A stretch of 64,000 nt of DNA from contig JABHZY010000024.1 of NCBI GenBank assembly GCA_018656065.1, forward strand, positions 75,980 to 139,979, read 5' to 3'. The DNA is from Candidatus Komeilibacteria bacterium (GTDB lineage: Bacteria > Patescibacteriota > Patescibacteriia > UBA1558 > GWA2-36-10). Of this stretch, positions 1 to 10,494 are shown piece by piece. The notes beneath the pieces are model-generated. The model was not told the origin of the DNA, ran no database searches, and saw only the letters and a program-made list of their open reading frames with translations. Position 1 is the stretch's first letter, and each line of letters begins with the position of its first letter. Made by a program: the position numbers and the translations under genes.

Positions 1-1921
1 TAAATAAAGCATCTTCCTCTGATTTATTTGATCTAGTTATTTTAACAGTATTTATTATCTCTCCATTAGTTGAAATTTGAGCTTGATGATCAATTGTTTG
101 ATAAATATTATTATCGGTTTTGCCGCCAGCAATATTAGTATTAATAACAGCTAAATAATCTTTATTATAATTTAAACTTTTACCTGACCAACCAAAATCA
201 ACTAAAGATTCTTGAGTTAGTTTATTTTCACTATATATTTGAATGTCTTTATTGGCTAAAGTTTTCGCAAAAACTTCTACAATTTCTTTGTGTTTATCAT
301 TGTTGGATAATAATTTTTCTAAAACAATTGGCACTAGGTCAGCTATAACTGCTTTAGGCTCATTGGACTCTTCATCATAATTAAGCTCTACTTCTTCTTG
401 TAAAACATCAAAAATATTTTCTTGATTTATAACAATATCATAATCCTCTAAAGTAACTGGCCCTAAAACAGCCAATAAATCTTCTAAAACATTAGCATTA
501 ATAGCAATAACACCGTCTAGAGAACTAGCTCCGGCCTGCTGATAAAACCACATTATTTTTTTGGCAGAAGTAGGAAAATCATACCACCAATTTGCATCCC
601 AAATATTAAATCCTGAATTTATCAATGATAAAGCTTGAGGTGCCTTGAGTCTAGGACCCTGCCCAGCCTCTAAATCATATAAACCTCCTGTAGGAATCTC
701 TAGATTAACAATCTTACCTTGATAAACATCAAATAAAGCAAAACTGCCAATAAAACCTCCAGTGGGTCTTATTTCATTATTATTTTGAAAAAGCACTACA
801 TATCTTTTTTCACTATCATGTCCTAATAAATCTGAACTTAATGAAAAGATATCATTTAATTCTTCTAAATTAGCGATAGTAGAAGGCAAATATGTTTTTA
901 GTCCATCAAAGTATGGTCTAAAATTAGCTGGTAAAAGATTTGTCGAAATACCATCTAAATTTGTATTAGCTGCTTCTAGATAAGGTAAAGTTTTAGTTAT
1001 TTGATCATTAAGTAATACTATGTATTCTGTTGGATTACCATTGGTCTGCAGAGTCTGATTCAAAACTGTGGCTGCCTCAGAGATATTTGTAGCTACACTC
1101 AGCATATTTCTACTAAGAGAAATGGGCTTACCAACTACTGGCATCAAACTAGCAACGTTTAGCGTCCATTTTTGATATTCATTTAGAACGTCCTGTGCTT
1201 GAGAAAAATTGTCTAAAGCATTTTCAAAATTACCTTGAGCATCTTGATAAGAATTTTCTGAAGCTGATATGACTCCTGATTGAAGACTTATTAAACCTTC
1301 TTGACTAAAATCTAATATCTTCCCTTTATCATGCTTTATTTGTCCAAACATTACCATGCCTCTAATAGGTAATAATATAACAGCTACAATAACTGCAAAA
1401 AGTAAAGATTTGTTTAAGGCTACATTAAAATTAGATATTTTTATCTTTGGTAATTGCCAAGAAATATTTTTAGTGGTTTTTTTCTTAGTACTTGGTTGTT
1501 CTAATTTACTATATACTTTAGTAAAAGAGTCTTTATATTTTACAAAATTAAATTTCGGTTTTTTCGGAATTTCAACTTTTGTTTTTCTCAAATCTATTAC
1601 ATGATCTGAAGTTGCTGTTAAATCCTCTGCTTCTTCTATTTCTATAATTGAACGTTCTTTTACTTTTTTCTGTGCCTCTGGTTTTACTTCCCTTCTACTA
1701 CGTTCAGGATCTGCAACTTTTTTAATACTAGTCAAAATTTGAGAATAAGATAAATCTTGTTTGATTAATTTATCAAGCTCATTTAAAGCTTTTTGCTTTT
1801 CTTCTTTTACATTTTCTGAGTCTATATCATTATCAAATAAAAATTGATCTAAGTCATCTACTAGATCTTTTTTTATTTCTAAAATATCTGATTTTTTATT
1901 TTGTATTTTTTCCTTAGCCAT
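1..1921 (-). CDS. DUF4012-family envelope-associated protein; partial, since the C-terminal part of the gene runs off the window start
   Basis: Long minus-strand ORF with start ATG at 1921 continues past position 1. N-terminal TM helix. Contains the motif YVVLFQNNNEIRPTGGFIGSFA that is typical of DUF4012. Lies next to a glycosyltransferase cluster. Confidence 0.55.
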   Translation of the reverse strand, partial: MAKEKIQNKKSDILEIKKDLVDDLDQFLFDNDIDSENVKEEKQKALNELDKLIKQDLSYSQILTSIKKVADPERSRREVKPEAQKKVKERSIIEIEEAEDLTATSDHVIDLRKTKVEIPKKPKFNFVKYKDSFTKVYSKLEQPSTKKKTTKNISWQLPKIKISNFNVALNKSLLFAVIVAVILLPIRGMVMFGQIKHDKGKILDFSQEGLISLQSGVISASENSYQDAQGNFENALDNFSQAQDVLNEYQKWTLNVASLMPVVGKPISLSRNMLSVATNISEAATVLNQTLQTNGNPTEYIVLLNDQITKTLPYLEAANTNLDGISTNLLPANFRPYFDGLKTYLPSTIANLEELNDIFSLSSDLLGHDSEKRYVVLFQNNNEIRPTGGFIGSFALFDVYQGKIVNLEIPTGGLYDLEAGQGPRLKAPQALSLINSGFNIWDANWWYDFPTSAKKIMWFYQQAGASSLDGVIAINANVLEDLLAVLGPVTLEDYDIVINQENIFDVLQEEVELNYDEESNEPKAVIADLVPIVLEKLLSNNDKHKEIVEVFAKTLANKDIQIYSENKLTQESLVDFGWSGKSLNYNKDYLAVINTNIAGGKTDNNIYQTIDHQAQISTNGEIINTVKITRSNKSEEDALF

Positions 1922-1974
1922 AGCTGTTATCAAGATATATTATACCAGAATTTTTGCAAAAAACAAAGACATTT

Positions 1975-3582
1975 TTATTTAATATAGTAGGGAAACAAAA
2001 CAAAAGTATTATCTATGGGAATATACAGATGATCTTCCATTTTTAAGTTCTCTACAAACATATCTGCATCTCTAGAGAATACATAAATAGTGTCTTCATC
2101 CAAATGCCCGGCCTGTATTTTTTCCATCTGATTAGCCAAATACTCGTCCTGCCCAACTATAGGTCTAGCAAAATGTCCATTGTTAACACTAATATCATTT
2201 TGCGCTGCAAACATAGCAAAAATCATATAATTTTTATGTGGAATAACTGGATAAAAGGCTAAATGTTGATAATTTTGGCTAGCTTCTTTAAATTCAGTTG
2301 TTAAAATTGTTTCTCTAAATACTTGCCCCTCAAAAGTTTGTCCTCTTTGTTTTAAAATACCACTTAGATCATAAAATTGAATACTTAAAGTAATTATCAA
2401 AATCAATAAAGCTAATTTATATTTTAAAGTTTTTAGAATATAAAAAGATGATAAAACTAAAATATAAAACACTGGCCAAAAAAATCTACCAGAAGATCTA
2501 AATAATCCCAATACATCTTCACTTAAAAATTTACCCAAAGGTAAAGAAAATAATATATAAAAATTAAAAGCTACAACATGACTAATAGAAATTAAAATTA
2601 ATATTAAAGAAATTAAAATTAATGGCCATTGTTTATAAATAAATTGTTTTAAATTAGTTTTTACAAAAAATTTAACAGCTGATGCAAATAATAAAAGTAA
2701 AGTACCAAAGCCCAAATAATTAAAGCCTTCTGCTTGATAACGAATAATACCTAAATCTGGCAAAATATTTGACCAGCCCATAGGATTGAATATTGCATTG
2801 AGATTCATAGAAAAATCTCCATAGCCGGGTGCTTTAGCATTACCTGTCAAAAACAAACCTAAAATATAAGCTAATAAAAAAATTAAACCTTCTTCAAAAA
2901 CTAAAAAATATAATGTATCTTTTAAACCTATTTTTTTTCTAACAAAATATAAATTTAATAAATCTACTAACAATAAAAATAAATTAATAAAAAGTAAGTA
3001 TGGATGTACTAATAAAGATACAACTAAAATTAAAGACCATTTTAGATAACTTATTTTATTATGTTGAGCTAAGATAGTCCACAAGGCAGCTAGTATTAAA
3101 AAATGACCGCCTAATGCAAAATGACCGCCCAGACGAAAAAGCATTATAGGACTAAGTATAAAAAATAAAGACGCTAGTATAGCTGCTAAACGTTTTTTAA
3201 AAAATAAAGAAGATAATAAGTATCCGAAAACGCCTTGTAATACAAAACAAATAGCTATCCATAAACCAAAATATTGAAATGTTTGTGGCAATATGAAACG
3301 GATTGATTTAAAAAATATAGCCAATATTGGAATAGAATCTGTAAAACTAACAGCTATTCCAAATGGATAAGCGTAATTTGAGGCTAGGCCAATTGGCCAT
3401 GACCAATCAGCAACACTATACATTATCCAACCAAGATATTGCTGGACTGGATCTGGTCCCGCAGTAAGCAACCAAGCATCATATCTAGGATCTAAAATCT
3501 CACCGTAAATTAAAAGAAAGGCTACAAAACCCAGAATAGCTACTATTGTTATACTCAAAATGTTTTTTTGTTTATCTGACAC
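1975..3582 (-). CDS. polytopic membrane protein, putative GT-C-like glycan transferase or polymerase (YfhO-like)
   Basis: 535 aa with more than 10 predicted TM helices and a C-terminal soluble domain. Sits in a glycosyltransferase locus. Product assignment is only by architecture. Confidence 0.4.
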   Translation of the reverse strand: MSDKQKNILSITIVAILGFVAFLLIYGEILDPRYDAWLLTAGPDPVQQYLGWIMYSVADWSWPIGLASNYAYPFGIAVSFTDSIPILAIFFKSIRFILPQTFQYFGLWIAICFVLQGVFGYLLSSLFFKKRLAAILASLFFILSPIMLFRLGGHFALGGHFLILAALWTILAQHNKISYLKWSLILVVSLLVHPYLLFINLFLLLVDLLNLYFVRKKIGLKDTLYFLVFEEGLIFLLAYILGLFLTGNAKAPGYGDFSMNLNAIFNPMGWSNILPDLGIIRYQAEGFNYLGFGTLLLLFASAVKFFVKTNLKQFIYKQWPLILISLILILISISHVVAFNFYILFSLPLGKFLSEDVLGLFRSSGRFFWPVFYILVLSSFYILKTLKYKLALLILIITLSIQFYDLSGILKQRGQTFEGQVFRETILTTEFKEASQNYQHLAFYPVIPHKNYMIFAMFAAQNDISVNNGHFARPIVGQDEYLANQMEKIQAGHLDEDTIYVFSRDADMFVENLKMEDHLYIPIDNTFVLFPYYIK

Positions 3583-3584
3583 TC

Positions 3585-4943
3585 TTAGTAAATATTAGTA
3601 AGTAAAATATTTTTGGCAATTAATAAATATAAAATCCATGGTCCAAAAGCTAAAATAATCCACCAAATCTTATTTTTGAATATATTCCACCACTCTCTAT
3701 AGGCAAAGAAATTTAAAATTGGATAAGTAAAATATATAAAGTGCGCCTTTAAAACTCCGGCTTCTAAATAAGGTAAACGTAAATTATGATATAAAGATGC
3801 TGACCAGCCACCAACTAATACAACTAACAACAACAGATCATTATCCTCTATCTTTCGTTTTTTAATGGCCTTCCATAAAAAAGCTAACCAACCTACAAAC
3901 CAAATAAAGAAAATACCCAAAGCTAGACGATTAGTGTTAAGCATTGCTTGCCAAAGTTTAGCTGTAGTATAACGACCATTGCCTACCAATATTTTCTGAT
4001 CTTCTGGATTATTTTCTATACCCGGATAGTTAAATAAATTATAATAATCACCAAAACTATCGCTGAGTAATATAGAAAAATATGAATCCGGCTTGGAAAA
4101 CCAATATGGATAGTCTGTAAAAATATGAGTATTTATATTAAATATATACTTCCAACCATCACTTTTGATAATACTTTGTTTAGGTTTGTCGTCATAGATG
4201 TTTATGGAAAAATAAGTATTATAATTTTGTTGTTTGTAAGCAATCCAAGGAATATTTACAAAAAATACTACAAAAAAGATAATAAAAATATATTTCAAAA
4301 AATACTTTTGCTGGCTAAAAATATATTTTAATAAATAAAACACAATAACAGCTAGTAAAATTATTAAGGCGCTTATTTTTACTAAAGATGCTAAAGCTAA
4401 AATCAATGCCCAATAAACAACTTTTAATTCTTTACCCTTAGTTGCTAATTTAAATTTATAAAATAAAAGTAATAATAAAATTATTAAAGTATGTAAAAGT
4501 AATTCATTATTTATATAAGCTGATAATTTAACACCAACAAATAATATAGAAAATATGAAAGTATTAAGCAGAGCCAGCCATTTATTTTTTTTACTATAGT
4601 AATATGAAAACTGCCAAATTAAACCTAGAAAACCAAAATATATTAAAACATTAAATGTTTCCCACCAATTAAGCCCTTCTATACCTAAAAGCTGCCCAAA
4701 CTTAATCCAGCCAGTCAAAATATAATAATAAAGAGGTTCGTGCCAAGCTAAATATGTCTCATCTAAAGTAGCTAAGCGATTTTCATAAAGAATCGTTTCG
4801 GTATAAGTAATGTGTCCTCCACCATCATCAGCCCAATAAGTATTATATGACTTTATATTTTGCAAACGAATAAAAAAAGCTATTGCTAATATTAATAGCA
4901 AAGCTAAAAAGTAAAGTTTGTTTTTTCTAATCAATTCAAACAT
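3585..4943 (-). CDS. polytopic membrane protein, putative ArnT/PMT-like (GT-C fold) glycosyltransferase
   Basis: 452 aa, many TM helices, tightly coupled to neighbours in the glycosyltransferase cluster. Confidence 0.4.
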   Translation of the reverse strand: MFELIRKNKLYFLALLLILAIAFFIRLQNIKSYNTYWADDGGGHITYTETILYENRLATLDETYLAWHEPLYYYILTGWIKFGQLLGIEGLNWWETFNVLIYFGFLGLIWQFSYYYSKKNKWLALLNTFIFSILFVGVKLSAYINNELLLHTLIILLLLLFYKFKLATKGKELKVVYWALILALASLVKISALIILLAVIVFYLLKYIFSQQKYFLKYIFIIFFVVFFVNIPWIAYKQQNYNTYFSINIYDDKPKQSIIKSDGWKYIFNINTHIFTDYPYWFSKPDSYFSILLSDSFGDYYNLFNYPGIENNPEDQKILVGNGRYTTAKLWQAMLNTNRLALGIFFIWFVGWLAFLWKAIKKRKIEDNDLLLLVVLVGGWSASLYHNLRLPYLEAGVLKAHFIYFTYPILNFFAYREWWNIFKNKIWWIILAFGPWILYLLIAKNILLTNIY

Positions 4944-6033
4944 TATCTAATTTTTTATAGATCTCCAAAATCTCTTCTGACATCTTACGCCATGAATATT
5001 TATCTATTTGTTTATAGCCTGTTCTGATTAAATTATTACGCAAGTCATTATCATTTATAATCTCAAACATTTTCTTTTTAAGATCTTCTCTGTCCTTAGG
5101 ATTAAAATATAATGCGCTGTGTCCTAATACTTCTGGTAAAGAGCTAGAATCACTAGATAAAACTGGCAAGCCATAACTCATAGCTTCTAATGGTGGTAAG
5201 CCAAAGCCTTCATATAAAGATGGAAAAATATAAGCTCTAGCATTTTTATAATAACTATCTAACTTATCATCTGCTACGTAACCAGTAAAAATAACATTAG
5301 GACAATCAATGTCTTTAGCTAATTTTTCATAAAAATAATTTTTTTGTCCTACTAATATTAAATAATATTCTGAATGTTTCTGCCAAAATTCTTTAAAAAC
5401 TTCTATCAAAAATTCTAAATTTTTATGAGGATAAGCATTGCCAATATAAAGAAAATAGTTTTGTGGTAAATTAAAGGGCTCTTTTTGGCTACTAAAATAT
5501 GTACTAACTCCTTCATAAATCACCTCAATTTTTTTAGCCTCTCTATCTTCTAATTGGAAATATTCTTTGATATCTTTAGCTGTAAATTTAGAAACTGCTA
5601 TTATTTTTTTAGAATTTTTAACAGCATTTCTAATCACTTGTTTATAAAACCAATACTTTATCTTAAACCAAAAGGTATTTAAAGTACTAGCTTTACGACT
5701 TGGAAATTTAGTCATTATTAAATCATGGATGGTTACTACAAAATTACCACTATAAAAAATTGGCACGTTAAAATGTGGAAAATGGACTAGATCTGGCTTT
5801 AATTTATATAAAACCCAAGGTAATACAATTTGCTCTTTTATTCCATACCAATGACAGTCACAAATTTTAATTTCAAAATTATCCGGCAAATTAATTTCAG
5901 GAGTTTCTTTAAAAAGTAAAATATAATGATTTGATTTATCTAATTTTTTAAGTTCACTTAAAAACTCTTGATTATAACGACCAAGTCCACCGGGTTTTGT
6001 ACCAAAAATTCTAAAATCAATTACAATTCTCAT
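4936..6033 (-). CDS. GT4-family glycosyltransferase
   Basis: C-terminal EGFGLPPLEAMSYGLPVLSS motif (GT-B, retaining GT4 signature). Confidence 0.8.
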   Translation of the reverse strand: MRIVIDFRIFGTKPGGLGRYNQEFLSELKKLDKSNHYILLFKETPEINLPDNFEIKICDCHWYGIKEQIVLPWVLYKLKPDLVHFPHFNVPIFYSGNFVVTIHDLIMTKFPSRKASTLNTFWFKIKYWFYKQVIRNAVKNSKKIIAVSKFTAKDIKEYFQLEDREAKKIEVIYEGVSTYFSSQKEPFNLPQNYFLYIGNAYPHKNLEFLIEVFKEFWQKHSEYYLILVGQKNYFYEKLAKDIDCPNVIFTGYVADDKLDSYYKNARAYIFPSLYEGFGLPPLEAMSYGLPVLSSDSSSLPEVLGHSALYFNPKDREDLKKKMFEIINDNDLRNNLIRTGYKQIDKYSWRKMSEEILEIYKKLDNV

Positions 6034-7151
6034 TTTTTATAGCTATTAAATAAATCTAACATTTGTTGAGCTTGGTTTTCCCACTTAGGAACCTTAAAAC
6101 TACTAGCCGATTTTTTAAACTGTTTAATTAATTTTTCATCCTCAGTTAAAAACTTCAAAGCTTTATATATATCACTAATGTTATAAGGATCAACGTATAA
6201 AGCCTGTTGTTTGTTCATTTCCGGAAGGGCTGTTTTATAACTTACTATTACTGGTGTTTTATAAGAAATTGCTTCCATTGGTGGAAAACCAAAGCCTTCA
6301 TATAAAGAGGGCCAAATTAAACCCTGACTCATATAATACAAAGCATCTTTAGCTGGAGATTCTACATAATTTAAATAATGAATAAAAGGTCTTTTTTTAA
6401 TTTTTTGTAACAATTTTCTATAAACCCAACCCTTCTTACCAACTACTACCAAATGCACATCTGGAGATTCTAAATGATATCTATCAAAAGCTTTGATGAT
6501 ACTCTCTATATTTTTACGAGGCTCAAGTGTGCCTAAATAAATAAAAAACTTATCTGGAAGATTAAAATCTTTTAGTATATCTCTAGCTCTATCCTCATTC
6601 ATTGGAATAGAATTAATACCAGGATTAATTATAGTAATTTTATCTTCAGTTAAAGGAAAAAAACGCATTAAATCTCTTTTAGTATTGCCAGAAACAGCTA
6701 TAATTTTATCAGCCTGTCTAACCAATTTTTCTACATTTACCATTTTATGCCAATATCTTCTTCTTAAAGAATAAAATTCTCTACTATGTAAAAAAGATAA
6801 ATCATGAACTGTCAAAATCATTGGATATTTTTTTGATAAATTACAAAAATTAATATTAGGCATCCAAAAAAGATCTATGTCTTTAAAAAAATTTTCACAA
6901 ATATTAGAATTAATTCCCAATAATAAATTTAAATTCAAAACTTTATTAGCAATTGGAATATGAAAATGTTTAACATTTGATTGATTAAAATCTAATTGCA
7001 TATAAGGGTCCTTCTTCAAGCCCGAACTGAATAAATAATAATTATTTTCTTTATCCAATTCTAAAAGATGAGTAATAGCATAATAAATATATTTGCCAAT
7101 ACCTGTTAACTTTTTATTTCCTAAAGCTCTGATGTCTATACCTATATTCAT
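6030..7151 (-). CDS. GT4-family glycosyltransferase
   Basis: EGFGFPPMEAISYKTPVIVS motif; overlaps neighbours by 4 nt (operon). Confidence 0.8.
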   Translation of the reverse strand: MNIGIDIRALGNKKLTGIGKYIYYAITHLLELDKENNYYLFSSGLKKDPYMQLDFNQSNVKHFHIPIANKVLNLNLLLGINSNICENFFKDIDLFWMPNINFCNLSKKYPMILTVHDLSFLHSREFYSLRRRYWHKMVNVEKLVRQADKIIAVSGNTKRDLMRFFPLTEDKITIINPGINSIPMNEDRARDILKDFNLPDKFFIYLGTLEPRKNIESIIKAFDRYHLESPDVHLVVVGKKGWVYRKLLQKIKKRPFIHYLNYVESPAKDALYYMSQGLIWPSLYEGFGFPPMEAISYKTPVIVSYKTALPEMNKQQALYVDPYNISDIYKALKFLTEDEKLIKQFKKSASSFKVPKWENQAQQMLDLFNSYKK

Positions 7152-8245
7152 AAAGCTTCAATCAAGTTAAGTATCTTTTCCTTAAATCTTTTTTCATCAA
7201 ATTTTTTGGCATGCTCTCTAATAATTTTAGAATCAAATTTAGCATGATCAAATCTTAATATCTTGTGAGCTAAGGATTCCCAAGTCTGTTCTTCAAAAAA
7301 CAAACCAGTCTGATTATCAATCACTGTCTCTAATGCACCGCCCTTAGCATAAGCTATTACTGGCCTACCAGAAGACATTGCTTCTAAAGCAGATATACCA
7401 AAATCTTCTAATTGCGGATAAATAAATGCCTTACAACGCGCTAAATGATAATTCCTTTCTTTATCTGATACCTCACCTAAAAATTCAATGTTGGAATGAG
7501 CCATCTTTTTTAATTTTCTAAGTTCAGAACCTCCTCCAATTATTTTAAGTGGTAATTTCAAATTATTAAAAGCCTGAATTGCCAAATCTACTTTTTTATA
7601 TGGTCTAAGACGAGAAACTATAAGATAATAATCTTCTACTTCCTCCGAGATATGAAAATCGGCTACTCGAACTGGTGGATGGATAACTACTGAATTTTTT
7701 TTATAATGTTTTTTTATTTTATTAGCTATAAAATGTGAATTAGCTATAAAATGATCTACTTCTTGAGCTTTAGAAAAATCCCAATTTTGTAATTTATTTA
7801 AAACTTTAGGTAAAAAATTCTTTAATAATTTTCCTTCTGGTAAATTACCTATATATTCTTCTTTATCATCCCACAAATATCTAGTCGGTGCATGACAATA
7901 ACAAATATGCTTATTATTATGCCCTGTTTTTACGCCTTTAACAAAAGCCGAAGATGAAGAAATAATTAAATCATAACTACTTAAATCTGTTTTCTCCCAA
8001 ACCCTAGGCATTAACACTAAAAAATATTTAAAAAGTTTATTAATACCTGGAATTTTCTGTAAATTAGAAGTGACTATATTTTTCTGATTGAGTATTTTTT
8101 TAGTTATTTTAGGATCATTTATTAAAGTAAAAATAGGCGCTTGAGGATTTAAAGTAGCTAAAGCTACTAGAACTTTTTCAGCTCCACCTATTTGAAACAA
8201 ATGATCATGAGCCAGGGCAATTTTTTTCATATTATCCTTGATCAC
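7148..8245 (-). CDS. GT4-family glycosyltransferase
   Basis: EDFGISALEAMSSGRPVIAYAKGG motif; GGSE N-terminal motif. Confidence 0.75.
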   Translation of the reverse strand: MIKDNMKKIALAHDHLFQIGGAEKVLVALATLNPQAPIFTLINDPKITKKILNQKNIVTSNLQKIPGINKLFKYFLVLMPRVWEKTDLSSYDLIISSSSAFVKGVKTGHNNKHICYCHAPTRYLWDDKEEYIGNLPEGKLLKNFLPKVLNKLQNWDFSKAQEVDHFIANSHFIANKIKKHYKKNSVVIHPPVRVADFHISEEVEDYYLIVSRLRPYKKVDLAIQAFNNLKLPLKIIGGGSELRKLKKMAHSNIEFLGEVSDKERNYHLARCKAFIYPQLEDFGISALEAMSSGRPVIAYAKGGALETVIDNQTGLFFEEQTWESLAHKILRFDHAKFDSKIIREHAKKFDEKRFKEKILNLIEAL

Positions 8246-9620
8246 CTTTAATAACTGCCATTGGAGTTTTTAATAAGATTATCAAATCAAGTAGTACAGA
8301 CCAATTTTCTATATAAAAAATATCTAACTTAGCTTCTTCACTAAAATCTAAATTAGCTCGTCCAGAAACTTGAGCCATGCCAGTAATACCTGGTTTGATA
8401 AATAATAATTTCTTATAACCTTTTTGATATTTATCAACTTCAGCTGGTTCGTGTGGTCGTGGACCCACTAAGCTCATACTAGCCCCTAAAACATTAATAA
8501 GTTGTGGTAATTCATCTAGACTGGCTCGCCTTAAAAATTTACCAACTTTTGTAACTCTGGGATCATCTTTCATTTTAAAAAGCGGACCATCAACTCTTTC
8601 GTTATATTGCATCACTTCTGATTTCATTTTATCAGCATCTTTAACCATAGAACGAAATTTATACATTTTAAAAATTTTTCCTTTATTACCGACTCTAGAC
8701 AATTTCACAAAAATTGGTCCTTGAGAATCCAATTTAATAGCTATGGCTATAATTATAAACACTGGTGATAAAATTATTAACAATAAAATAGCTACTATTA
8801 AATCAAATGTTCTTTTATAAACATGACGCCAACCATCTAGCGGCGTACCTTGAATTTCAATAACAGGTAAACCAGCTACGGAATTTATATTAAAATGTAA
8901 ACTTTGAGTTTGAAAAAGACTGGCCACATATCGAAGATTCAAATGATTCTCCTGACAATAAGTTAATAAATTAAGAGCTTCTTTTTTTTCTATACTAGAG
9001 TCTGTCTGAATCAAATTATCAATTTGTTTATTTTTTATTTGACTTACAATATCTGATGAATTTTCTAAATCCCCCAAACTATTAAACTCCGCTATAATTT
9101 TATAACCCATCTGAGGACTTTTATTATAAGTATCTACAATTGCTTGGCGACTAATATCGCTGCCTAATACTATCACTTTAGATAGCCCGTGCCCTTTTTT
9201 GAGAAAATAATTTCGAATAGCAAAAACTATTATTCTAGATATAAAAAGATAAATAATAGTAAGTCCCCAAGAAAAAATTATAATAAAACGAGAAGAAAAT
9301 AATTCCTTCTGCCAAAAAATAGCTAAAATAATTATAATGCCAACTGTAGATACTCCTGTAAAAATTTTTGGTAATTCTTTAGCCAACTTTTTATCTCGCA
9401 TAGCATAAAAACCACTCATAGCAAAAACTATAATAGACATAAAAGCCACCTTAAAAGCTAAGCTAGCAAACTCTGATAAAGGCATTTCATAAAATACTGG
9501 CCTTATCTCTTCTATTGATTCTGAAAATCTTAAAAAATAAGCCGATAAAGCAGCTAGAACTACTATTGCATAATCAATAGGCACTAAAGCAATATTTACA
9601 ATAAAATTAGCTTTTTTCAT
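8232..9620 (-). CDS. undecaprenyl-phosphate sugar phosphotransferase (WbaP/CpsE-like priming transferase)
   Basis: N-terminal TM helices plus C-terminal sugar-transferase signature DELPQLINVLGASMSLVGPRP. Confidence 0.85.
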   Translation of the reverse strand: MKKANFIVNIALVPIDYAIVVLAALSAYFLRFSESIEEIRPVFYEMPLSEFASLAFKVAFMSIIVFAMSGFYAMRDKKLAKELPKIFTGVSTVGIIIILAIFWQKELFSSRFIIIFSWGLTIIYLFISRIIVFAIRNYFLKKGHGLSKVIVLGSDISRQAIVDTYNKSPQMGYKIIAEFNSLGDLENSSDIVSQIKNKQIDNLIQTDSSIEKKEALNLLTYCQENHLNLRYVASLFQTQSLHFNINSVAGLPVIEIQGTPLDGWRHVYKRTFDLIVAILLLIILSPVFIIIAIAIKLDSQGPIFVKLSRVGNKGKIFKMYKFRSMVKDADKMKSEVMQYNERVDGPLFKMKDDPRVTKVGKFLRRASLDELPQLINVLGASMSLVGPRPHEPAEVDKYQKGYKKLLFIKPGITGMAQVSGRANLDFSEEAKLDIFYIENWSVLLDLIILLKTPMAVIKGDQG

Positions 9621-9677
9621 AGTATAGATATAATATCATTTGCCCCTTATTTAGTAAATATCTATTAACTATTATCC

Positions 9678-9707
9678 TTGACAAAACTAGTAAAATATTG
9701 TATATAT
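9678..9707 (+). promoter_or_regulatory. sigma70-type promoter for rnpB
   Basis: TTGACA at 9678-9683, 17-18 nt spacer, TG + TATATA/ATATAT -10 around 9699-9707, about 10 nt upstream of the RNase P RNA 5' end. Confidence 0.55.
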
Positions 9708-9716
9708 TAAACATAA

Positions 9717-10060
9717 GGTTTAAATAGACCGAGATGATTGCTAATTATAGCGTAAAGCTATAATTAGAGGAAAGTCCGAACACCACAAAAAAGATAGTTG
9801 GTAACGCCAACCGTTTCTAATGCAAATTAGGGATAGGACAAGTGCAACAGAGAATATTCCTTCCTTCGGGATAAGGGTGAAAATGTCAGATAATTAGCTG
9901 ACACGTCAACATGGTGACATGTAGAAAGAGGTAAACTTCTATCCGGTGTAAGGCCAAATAGGCCCTTCGGGGCGGGTAGGCTGCTTGAGATTACAAGCAA
10001 TTGTAATCCTAGATAGATGATCATCCTAGACAGAATTCGGCTTATGAGGTCTATTTAAGC
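9717..10060 (+). ncRNA. rnpB: RNase P RNA (bacterial type)
   Basis: Conserved P4 halves GAGGAAAGUCCG and ACAGAAUUCGGCUUAU, AGGGUGAAA element, P3 hairpin (ctaattatagc/gctataattag), and a 13/14-nt P1 pairing between 9717-9730 and 10047-10060. Confidence 0.8.
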
Positions 10061-10170
10061 CTTTTTTATTACCTTAAAAAGTAGTTGACATATTTTATAT
10101 TTTATGATATATTATAATGTCCGCAAAAATCCTCTCAACATTCAAGCAATCAGCTGAAGGAGGTGAAATC

Positions 10171-10401
10171 ATGGACACCAAACCGGAAACCATCGAAATA
10201 AAGGAGTCAAATCAAGATGTTTGCAATGGATGCAACGCGACAAATCCCAGTAGATGTAGCCGATGCAATGGATGCTTATCCAAAATTGCCGGCGGTTATC
10301 AGGGCTACTGCGGATGTACATGCAAACACTCGGTTTGCCCTATTTGCGACACTGCCCGTCCTTTCGGGTATTGCCCTCACTGCGACGACAGCGAGGACTG
10401 A
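10171..10401 (+). CDS. small Cys-rich protein (76 aa, 14 Cys in CxxC/CxC pairs), function unknown
   Basis: RBS AGGAGG 8 nt upstream of ATG 10171. The track ORF 10117-10401 shares this frame. Locally GC-rich relative to the flanks. Followed by an A-run hairpin T-run bidirectional terminator at about 10465-10497. Confidence 0.5.
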   Translation: MDTKPETIEIKESNQDVCNGCNATNPSRCSRCNGCLSKIAGGYQGYCGCTCKHSVCPICDTARPFGYCPHCDDSED

Positions 10402-10494
10402 CCAGTTAAAGGAGGTCTACGGATTCATAATTTGTAAATCTCCTTTTCTTTTTGTTTAAAATAAAAAAACAGCTTAATTTAATAGGCTGCTTTT

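Noticed and set aside
1356-1604. 82-aa plus-strand ORF
   Set aside because: Embedded antisense in the long minus-strand DUF4012 gene. It has AT-rich low-complexity translation and no RBS.
4125-4331. ORF 4125-4331 (+)
   Set aside because: Short antisense ORF inside a longer, better-supported minus-strand gene.
9827-10024. 65-aa minus-strand ORF
   Set aside because: Lies entirely within the RNase P RNA, on the opposite strand. It is an artefact of the structured GC-richer RNA gene.
10217-10459. 80-aa ORF overlapping the Cys-rich small gene in another frame
   Set aside because: It has no RBS. The in-frame Cys-rich reading, with a perfect AGGAGG and ATG, is far more plausible.
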